Source: Octopus vulgaris
Taxonomy: Eukaryota
Assembly (NCBI GenBank): GCA_951406725.2
Contig: OX597827.1
Span: forward strand, 23,250,001-23,314,000
Length of the DNA: 64,000 nucleotides
Direction: 5' to 3'
The position numbers were made by a program, and so were the translations under genes. A model generated the notes under the pieces. The model searched no databases. It was given only the letters and a program-made list of their open reading frames with translations, and was not told the DNA's origin. This document shows positions 53,737 to 64,000 of the stretch, piece by piece (within the stretch, counting starts at the first letter, position 1; every line of letters begins with the position of its first letter).

Positions 53737-54310
53737 TGGAAAAGGAAAAATCCAAAGAAGGGAAGACGGAGGAAAAAAATCGCCAACGGTACACACGCGG
53801 TCACATATATATATATATATATCTAATGTAGGCTAAAATGTTTCGAAAGATATTCTATCAATGGCCAGCATATTAAAAAATACCTTTAAAGGTTAAATTT
53901 ATTAAAAAAATTATAAGTAAGGGCAAAAGGAAAAAATTTCTAATGCTAAAATATGCCGAAAATAGACACAACGTCAATAACCATGTAATTTATCACTACT
54001 AGCACGCGTTTCGAAGAAAGCCGATAGAAATTTCTTTAAAAATCTCGTTATTCTCATATCGGACCCGATATGCAGCCCATTGATAGAATATTTTTCGAAA
54101 AATTTTATCCTACATTAGATGTTAATTTAATAATTTTCACTTCCAGACTCTCTCACTTTACGAGAGTTTTTAGTTCGAATCGCACGTGTCTCGAGATGGG
54201 CTAGAGAGTTTCTATTTTGAATATATTTGGTGTACTTAGTTGTGCTCATGACTTAGTGTTCGCTTCTTCCATGGGTATAAGTGAGTATTTCACTTATTTC
54301 TTTGCCGCAT

Positions 54311-54371
54311 TTATCACTGATGAAGGGAAGGTTCTTATGAACTAACTCTGAAATCGGGTCCGATATGGTAA
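54311..54371 (+). ncRNA. complete type I hammerhead ribozyme
   Basis: Stem I TTATCA/TGGTAA; CTGATGA; stem II AGGG..GGTTC-ttat-GAACT..CTCT; GAAA; stem III ATCG(G)/(C)CGAT; triplet AUA. Confidence 0.8.
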
Positions 54372-54501
54372 TAACGGGATTTTTTAGAAATTTCTGTCGG
54401 CTTTCTTCAAAATGCGTGCTTGTAGTGATAAATTACATGGTTATTGACGTTGTCTATTTTCGGCATATTTTGGCCTTAGAAATTTTTTCCTTTTGCCCTT
54501 A

Positions 54502-54559
<58 letters not shown>

Positions 54560-54723
54560 AAATGAGAAAATGGAGAAATATATCTAAATCAATCATCAAC
54601 CATCTGATAATACCCAATCAATACTTTATTAAACCATTACACAATAGCAATGATATTATACATTAATATAGTACAAATATAACAAGACATAGAAATAGAA
54701 ATAGAAATACATTTACATTGTAG

Positions 54724-54833
54724 CTGACAGCTGTTTCGGCCGTGAAGACAGGTATGTCCCATTTAACCTATTAGCCATATAAAGCAGGTATAAATGAGAC
54801 ATTAACAAGAATATCTCACGGCCTCTTCAGAGA
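54724..54833 (-). ncRNA. hammerhead ribozyme with extended stem II and consensus core
   Basis: Minus strand CT-CTGAAGA-GGCCGTGA...TCACGGCC-GAAA-CAGCTG-TC-AG; perfect 8-bp stem II base; GUC triplet. Confidence 0.75.
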
Positions 54834-55844
54834 ATTTAATGCAAGTATGAAAAAAATTTACATATAAATATGTGTGCATACACACTCATATTCTTACATA
54901 TATATATATACACAATAATACAATATAAACAATATAGATCAATATACATCAACAAACACAATAATGTTCCATATTGAACTCCACAGTTCCATAACCAACA
55001 CCAAGGAACCACAACATGTACACTCACACTCAAAGCAGGCATATATATTGAACAGTCCAATACATTAAAATGTGTCATTACACAAAAAGTCAATAAAATT
55101 AATATTAATATTAATAACACCACGACTGTACCATCCATTGCCAGCGGACATCCACATATATACGCAATCAGTCGACTCATTTTATATATATATATATATA
55201 TATATATTTAAATATGAAAAATTAATTTATTAGGTCTTTATTATATGTGCTTATATATTTATTTATAGAGAATATTTAGATCTTAATTATATATTTATAT
55301 ACATTTATATATTTTCATTGATATTTTATATTTTAATAATATGAATAATCATTTTTTTTGTAAAATATTTATGTAATTAGATATTGACTCTTACTGATAT
55401 TAGATTATTGGTGGGTTTCTTACCTTAAAAATTTATACTGAAGTTCCATTGTCGTTATCTTGTAGCAGTTTTCTCTTTATGTCAGGCTCCATCCTTCTTG
55501 TGTGCTGCATAAATATACTTTAACCACGACAACTTTGGAGTGGTGAAATCGGATCACTGTTAATGCTTTCCTGGTCCTTCTAAGTTCTTTAATTCACTTG
55601 GCTACCCAATTATTTTGAAGCTGTATTTTATAATTTAGGTGAGTTGCGTATTTAAACATAAAGGCGCTGGAGTGACTGTGTGGTAAGTAGTTTGCATACC
55701 AACCACATGGTTCCGGGTTCAGTCCCATTTGCGGCACCTTGGGTAAGTGTCTACTGCTATAGCCTCGGGTCGACCAATGCCTTGTGAGTGGATTTGGTAG
55801 ACGGAAACTGAAAGAAGCCCGTCGTATATATATATATATATATA

Positions 55845-56170
55845 TATAATAATGAAATTATTGTATACAATGCTCAGGTGCACCACAACTTGTCAAAAGT
55901 ACGTATAAAGTATATGCAGTAATGTACAAATGTCTGGAAAGTGAACAGTGTATGAGTCAGATACATGCTTGCGTGTGTATAGAGGGGAGAAAATTAGGTG
56001 TAGTGTTGGCGAATCTCAGGAAGCATGGAAGTTTTGAAGGATGCAGTGCTCCGACAACTAACAACTGATGCCGGCAGTTTGTTCCATGCTTCATCAACTC
56101 TTAGCGTGAAAAATGTTTCTGAAAGTCATGGGAGCTGTGCTGTTTTCTGACTTTGCAAACATGTCCACGG
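55845..56170 (-). mobile_element. CR1/L2-group LINE 3' end nested in a family A SINE
   Basis: RGHVCKVRKQH...FTLRVDEAWNKLPASVVSCRSTASFK...*, the typical CR1-group C-terminus (one frameshift). Confidence 0.8.
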
Positions 56171-56776
56171 TGTGTGTGTAAATAAGTACTAGGCTTACAA
56201 AGAATAAACCCTGGGGTCGATTTATTCGACTAAAGGCGGTGCTCCAGCATGGTCACAGTCAAATGACTGAAACAAATAAAAGAATAAAAAATAAAACAAT
56301 ATTCTGTTAGTTTTAGTTTCGACTTGAGTGTCTGATAGCAATCTGATTTTTCTGTAGAACTCTGGGACATCGTCGAGAGCATGCTGCAAGATTCCACTCA
56401 AAGAATGGTCTCAGAGTGGTGATGAAACTGCCTGAGACTCATTCGTTCAATGCCAGTTCTTTGTTAATTTGTGGTCCCGTGTTGAAAATGCCCTTATCAA
56501 GTGCTGGGTGGATGGATTTCAAATTTTGCTACAACTCGACCCCGGGGCTTATTCTTTTGTAAGCCCAGTACTTATTCTATCGGTCTCTTTTGCCGAACCG
56601 CTAAGTAACGTGGACATAAACACACCAGCATCTTAAGTAGCCCAAATATATCCAAAATAGAAATTCAACAGCAACAGCATATATATAAATAAGCTTGCTT
56701 CCCAACTACATGGTTCCTGATTCATTCAAAGCCTTTTGGATGGATTTGGTAGACGGAAACTGAAAGAATCCAGTCG

Positions 56777-56818
<42 letters not shown>

Positions 56819-57103
56819 TGTATATGTTTGTGTGTTTGTTTGACCCCCCCCCCCCACAATCGCTTGACAATCGATGTTGGTGTGTTTACGTCCCAGTAAC
56901 TAGTGGTTCAGCAAAAGAGACTGAATAAGTACTAGGCTTACAAAGAATAAGTCCTGGGGTCTATTTGTTCGACTAAAGGCGGTGCTCCAGCATGGCCACA
57001 GTCAAATAACTGAAAAAGTAAAAGAATATATATGTGTGTGTGTCTGCATATATACATACACACACACACACACATATATATATATACATTTATATATGTA
57101 TAT

Positions 57104-57134
<31 letters not shown>

Positions 57135-58959
57135 ATGCATGTATGTATGTATGTATGTACGTATGCATACCTGTGTAGTTCAAGTGCGTGTAGATGCGAA
57201 AGCAGACGTGGTGATGGGTGTCATTAAAGATGGCTCTTATTATGGTAGAATGTATAAATCATTGAACGTGTGAAATTTTATTGTGCTTAACGCTCGGTTT
57301 AGCTGAACGCTGTCGTGATGAATTGTCGGCTCACGCTTACAACGTGGATCTCGTCACATAGCAGAAATAATTGAAGTTGGTGCTGGCCTTTACAACAACA
57401 ACAACAACCTCCGCTTATTCTACATCAACTGCCATTTGCCATATTACTTCTGCTACTGCTACTGCTGCTGCTGTTGCTGCTGGTACTATAACTAATACTG
57501 CCCTATCTGTACAAGTGCTATTACCGCCATTTATCTAACAACCACCTTTAATAATACAGCCACCACCACCTAATTACAACTTCTAATTCTACTACTGCCA
57601 TTGCAGCTATTTATCCCACCACCACATCTGCTACAACCATTTGCGCGAGTACCACTTTCATTGCGTCAACGTCTGGAGTACTCAGAGTCATTAAAGTCTT
57701 GTTCTTGGCGCGAACTTCCGGCTGCACGATTAGAGTAAACCCATTTCACCGCACCATGTTAACCACTCTCAGCCAACCTTCGGAAACTTAGGCGAGAGCA
57801 GCGCCTCCCTTTCGAAACTCACCTTTCTCTTGAAGTGGTACTTGAAGAAGTTGATTCGGACTTAACCTGAGACGAAATACTTTGTCTTCAAACTTTCAAA
57901 AACATTCGCCACACAACGGCCTTACAATAGCCTCTAAGCAGAATAAGGCAGCTTTTTGATCTTCGTGTTAGACTTTGCCTGACCGCCCCATCCACCCAGC
58001 GATGAGCTGGCAGAATCATTAGCGCAATGGACGAAATGCTTAGCGGTATTTCGCACATCGCTACGTTCTGAGTTCAAATTCCGCCGAGGTCGACTTTGCC
58101 TTTCATCATTTCAGGGACGATAAATTAAGTACCAGTTACGCACTGGGGTCGATGTAATCGACTAGCTCCCTCCTCCAATATCCTGCCCTTGTGGCAAAAT
58201 TTGAAATCCATCCACCTAGCACTTGATAAGGGCATTTTCAACACGGGACCACAAATAAACACTCACAACGCCCTGTCTGGGAATCGAAACCGCGATCCTA
58301 CAACCGCGAGTCCGCTGCCCTAACCACTGGGCCATTGCGCCTCCATATAAATATACATATATATACATATATATATATATACATGAATAAATATATATAA
58401 ATATATATATGTGTGTATGTGTGTGTATATATATATATATATATAGATAGATAGATATATACGCACATACATACATATGTGCGTATGTATACACACACAC
58501 ACACACACACAATTACAAGCATATACATATATACGTGCATAACATAGCGACACATGACAGACAAATACAAGCATTCACAGAAAAAAAAGTAAATATGTCT
58601 GATACATATAGATGAGCAGCCAAATTGGCAGAAATCTCATCAAGGTTTCCAATATTCCGATATCTTTCTGGTCATTTCCTGCATCATTTGTCACCTTTAC
58701 TGGTGACAAGAGATATTTATATGAAATATTTGCCCAGCAGAAGAAGTATTCCAGACTCTGAGACGCTAACGTAAGTACATGTTCTTAGTAGATAGTCACA
58801 TGTTTGGGCGTTAGTTTCGTATCTCGTTGGTTTCCGGCCATGTAAATTCTTCCCAGATTTATTTTTGCAAATCATGTCCCCCACACTCACATAAAACCAA
58901 CAATGTTGAAATCTATGACAAATATGCTTCAATTAAATGAAATATATTTGTCCCCATAC

Positions 58960-59110
58960 ATCATCGTCATCATTGGTGATACTACAACGAAAGTCTTTCC
59001 GATGAAGCGTTAGTTCTTCAGCTGCCTTGCCACTCTTGTGCAACCAGATCTTGATATTTTCCATCCATTGCGTTCTTTGCTTGCCTCTTGACCATCTACC
59101 CTGGTTGCAA
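58960..59110 (-). mobile_element. short RTE LINE 3' end
   Basis: QGRWSRGKQRTQWMENIKIW... followed by a (GAT)n-like tail. Confidence 0.6.
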
Positions 59111-59448
59111 ACTGATTGCATGTCTTGTGCAGTTGAATGCGAAGGTAACGGGGTGGCAAAATCGATAGAGTTTCAGACAATGTATACAGCATTATTTGTT
59201 CAGTTTGTTCGTTGAGTTCAAACCTGCTTTTCATCCTGCCGGGGGAGGGGGTTATAAAAAAAATGGATACTCGTCCACAATGGTGCATTGATAGAATTGT
59301 TAGAGAGCCGGATAAAATTTTTTTCTGGTAGTTGTTTCGGCTCTTTACATTCTAAATTCCTCTGCAACCATACTGGTGCCAAGTTTTATCGCTCCTTGCC
59401 ATTCCTTTGGAGGACATCGTAGACTTCCATGCATGGACAACTGCTGGT

Positions 59449-59510
<62 letters not shown>

Positions 59511-60541
59511 AAAGACCTCTCGGTGTCGGGGGTTGACCTGCTTTCTCTTTTGTGGGTCTTACGAATAGCAAAGGACCACGTTTCGGAGTTCTCCTATCTT
59601 GCGAGCAGTACCACCACCACCACTACCACTACCACCATCAATAATTAGTCAATAATCATAAGGAGAGACTAATTATAAGATTCTGAATGTCCTAAGCTAG
59701 AATTAAATGGGATAAAGTTTTGCATTAGTTAGAAAATTACGCATTATATCGAACTTTTAACCAGAAGAAGCGGTACCCTCAACGACCAAGCTACCTCGTA
59801 TCTAATTAAAATGGTCCCCGTTAAACACTTGCTGTGGTGAGAGTAAAAGTGCCTCTTAAGTGGCAGACTTTTCAAAATTCCACCAAAAGTTTACAGAAAA
59901 ATGTTCTTTCAAAAAACATTAATATTTATCATGGCTAATACAAAATGGAGATGCATTTACGCTTCCATTGCATACACGCACACACAGATACACACACGTA
60001 TACACATGTATACACACGCATACGCACGCGAACAGATACATACACGAACATTCACAAGCAGATGCGCACATATAAACATAAATAAGTACACACACATGCA
60101 CACATAATTACACACTTAGAAACACATAGAAATACATAAACACACACAGGTACATATACACGTATACACACACAGGTACACATATACGTATGCACACACC
60201 CGCAGACACACGCTGTCACGTACGCACATTCATACACACAGACGCATACATACAAAAGCATGCACACACAGACGCGCGCATATACACACATAAGTACACA
60301 CATGCACACTTATAGTTACACACAGATATACACAAACACACGCACATATACACATATATACACTCATATATACATTGACACACACAAATGCAGATATATG
60401 GTAGCACACATGCACACTGAGAAATACTCAAGCACACACATGTACACACACACACACACAGATATGTATACATGTACGTACATACATAGACGCACAAACA
60501 TACACACATACATATACACATAGACACACACATACACTTAG

Positions 60542-60585
<44 letters not shown>

Positions 60586-61365
60586 AGATACACACCAACG
60601 TGCACGATAGAAGCTGTTGTAGAAACAGATGTACAATTTGACTCTCGAAAGAAGTGGATCCGCCACCACTTGAGAGATCAAAGCAAAAGATTGTCACTCC
60701 ACATGGACTACTTTAACCTGTTAGAGAAATAAATCGTGAGATGCTAGCATTTTACTCTGAAATAATTTCCTAGTTTAAGAGGAAAATCGTGATAAATCAG
60801 CAAGTTTCATCTTCTGCATGTTTTTTTGCTTTTTTGATTCCATGAACATTTACTGAAAAAAATGTGTCGTCTGCTACAAAAATGTAATGCGCAGTCGCAA
60901 AGGCGAGGAAAAGAGAACCATTGAAATGAGCTGATTGAAGAGTTGTGATGGAAGTACAAAGTTATTGGTGGGTTTATATCTTAGGTGTAGTACAGGAATT
61001 CCTGGTTGTTGTGGTAGTTGTAACGATGCTGCGACACAGCGAAGGTTGAGCTCAGGCGGTTGTTTATTGTTGATGTTGTTGTTTGTGATGGTTGAAGTTA
61101 CAGTAAATTGTACAACTGTTAGTATTGTTTGAGTTGTAGACGTAATGGCTTACAGTGGGGTTAGAACAGCACCGGATAAATGACGTGTTGGTTAGTGTAG
61201 TAATGTCATGGTGGCGACAGTAATATTGCAAGGGCAGCAGTGGAGACCTGGTGGCGACACGAGTGTCCTGACAGCGGTTATAATGTAGTGAGCGGAAGAG
61301 CGAAATATAACTCTGGGTCACCATTTTATGAGGAATACGATTATGATAATATGCTTTGAACCGCA

Positions 61366-61396
<31 letters not shown>

Positions 61397-61550
61397 ACAC
61401 ACACACACACACTCAGACACACACACACGCACACACACACAGATATGGTAATCACAATCAAACCATCAAAATGACCACACATCAATGACACAATCAATAA
61501 AGTTTAAATGTCGGACATATGTATGTATGACATATGTATATATGTCTGTA

Positions 61551-61609
<59 letters not shown>

Positions 61610-61617
61610 GTATGTAT

Positions 61618-63062
61618 AACATCCAGGAACTCAGACAACAAAGCCCTACCATACACAATACTCTCAACAATGAAGCCTTCGACACCATCCTTCAAAACAT
61701 ACCCCTGCTAAAAAGGACCACAGAATTAACTTTATTCTCCAAACACACACCATCATAAAAAGCAAGAGACAGCCCAAATCTATGAAAAGTCTCCTAACAC
61801 AAGCCCGAATACACTCAACAACAACACAGAAGCCGCCAGTCAAAGAAATGCGGAAGACCCAACTGTGGGATATGCGTCAATCTAATTGAGGGATCAGAGT
61901 TCTCCTTCAAACGGGGACAACGTTTCTCAGTGAAAAGCAACTTCACATGTGCTTCGGAGAACCTGATATACGTACTAACCTGCTCTAGATGTCAAGAGCA
62001 ATACATACGATAAACAAAAAAAAAAAAAACAGTCTACGTAAAAGAACGGCCCTGCACAGATCCCAGATCAAAATTCCACAAAACAGAAAAATAGTATTCA
62101 GCCAACACAGACATTTGCGCCAATAATAAAAATCCAAGCTTCGGAATTTTTCCCCTCTACCAATTCAGGGACGATACAACCTGCAGCCAACGAATTAGTA
62201 AAGAGACTCTCTTTATTACAAAATATAGACCCCCTTTTGAACGCGCCTACAACAAACGGCATATCCATCACAGCCTTAAAATAACACAAATACACACGCA
62301 AATATTAAAAATGATACACTCAAGAGATTCCCAAGAATTCATTAAAAAACAGTATCAGTCACTGCTATAATTCATGACGAATCACTTTTAGGTCACTTGA
62401 CCATTTAACACCTTACCACTATCATACTACCTACATTCCTTCTTATTCTCCTTCTTTTTCTTCGTCTTTTTCCTCTCCGTCATCTCCTTGCAAACTTTAC
62501 CACAATTGCTGTTTAGAATAACACCTACGCAAATTTTATAAACAAAACATTCAAAAGAGATGTTTCGGGGATTCAATCACTACTACCATCCACAACGGGT
62601 CACGTTTAGGGCACTTGACCATTTAACATACTATCATGGCACTCCTACATTCTTCTTCTTCTTCTTCTTCTTCTTCTTCTTCTTCTTCTTCTTCTTCTTC
62701 TTCTTCTTCTTCTTCTTCTTCTTCTTCTTCTTCTTCTTCTTCTTCTTCTTCTTCTTCTTCTTCTTCTTCTTCTTCTTCTTCTTCCATAACAAGAATTCAC
62801 AACGACCTCGAACCCACAAGAGTAAACTAGAGAGAGAGAGAGAGAGAGACAGACAGAGAGAGAGATACAGGCAGAAACAAGGAAAATGCTACTTGTATTT
62901 GAACACTATGCAAATATTCTTTTAAAAAAACTTTTCTTTTAATTTTTCCAAAATCTAATTGTTTTCCATACTTACAGTTCAAAAAGTCTCAATGACCGAA
63001 ACCGGTTTTGAAATGCTTTTTATAAAATCATTTTAGCATTTTCTACCTTGATTTATCTTTCC
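61618..63062 (+). mobile_element. 5'-truncated Penelope-like element (linker, GIY-YIG remnant and 3' region)
   Basis: IIKSKRQPKSMKSLLT...KCGRPNCGICVNLIEGSEFSFK...VKSNFTCASENLIYVLTCSRCQEQYIR*T...SLRKRTALH; degenerate GAAA-CCGG-TT motif at ~62968-63012; (TA)n flank. Confidence 0.85.
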
Positions 63063-63239
63063 ATATATATATATATATACATATATGTGTGCGTGTGTGT
63101 GTGTGTGTGTGTTTATAGTACATAGATACACATACATACATATACATACGCACACATACATGCATACACTCATACATACATACATACATACATACATACA
63201 TACATACATACATACATACATACATACATACATACATAC

Positions 63240-63530
63240 AAGAAAATACCTATACTGAACATTAAGGAATCTACAGCTACTCTATCCAGATTATAAGTTC
63301 AAATTTATATCTGTAATTATTGGGGTCCTGGGATATATAACACACTGGCTAAATACCAAAGTTAAAAAATTAGGCTTCTCAAAACCAGAAAGGAGAAAGC
63401 TGATTCGAAGACTACAGATCCAATCCATCACTGGAACAGTAAAAATCTGTGAAACTTTCCAGTTTATCATTTAAATATATATGAGCATGTCTAGATATGC
63501 AACTATACGCATGGATTACATGCAAACATA
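63240..63530 (+). mobile_element. RLE-type (R4/Dong-like) retrotransposon 3' end within (CATA)n
   Basis: LRNLQLLYPDYKFKFISVIIGVLGYIT...KKLGFSKPERRKLIRRLQIQSITGTVKICETFQFII*; (CATA)n on both sides. Confidence 0.7.
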
Positions 63531-64000
63531 CATACATGCATGCATGCAAGCATACATACATACATACATACATACATACATACATACATACATACATACA
63601 TAAATAAATACATACATACATGCATGCATACATACATGCATACATACATACATGCATACATACATACATACTTGCATACATACATACATACATACATACA
63701 TACATACATACATACATGCATACATACATACATGCATGCATACATACATACATACATACATACATGCATGCATACATACATACATGCACACATACATACA
63801 TACATGCATGCATACATGCATACATGCATACATACATGCATACATACATACATGCATACATACATACATACACACATGTATACATGCATACATGCATACA
63901 TACATGCATGCATACATACATACATACATACATACATACATGCATAGATACATGCATTGTTGATGTTGAAATGCCAATGAAGGAGACTTGGATCTAGATT

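Noticed and set aside
58610-58780. Possible exon with a strong donor (AAC|gtaagt near 58770)
   Set aside because: The frames examined hit stops before the donor, and no partner exons were found.

Overview
Eukaryotic, repeat-saturated genomic DNA. It is most likely an octopus or other coleoid cephalopod; this is inferred from the SINE/RTE repeat families and the microsatellite load, not proven. The only host gene I can support is the 3' two-thirds of SMU1, a WD40 spliceosomal protein: 8 GT-AG exons on the + strand, 2728-16455. Its introns and the ~47 kb downstream are filled with three tRNA-derived SINE families, RTE/CR1/Tx1-like/R4-like LINE remnants, mariner fossils, Helitrons, MITEs, a 2-kb 33-bp minisatellite and dense microsatellites. 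Almost all ORFs in the supplied track are microsatellite artefacts. The most notable unannotated signal is about ten hammerhead-ribozyme-like motifs (seven to eight within 48.5-54.9 kb), carried by Penelope-like elements sitting in (TA)n tracts. Some have giant stem II insertions, core variants or 5' inversions. Other highlights: a 158-bp microhomology-flanked templated inverted insertion that destroyed one ribozyme; a probable staggered-break inversion; a SINE tail that forms the 3' splice site of an SMU1 exon; and a composite Helitron with a captured piggyBac-like fragment. All folds and family assignments were made by eye and need computational confirmation.
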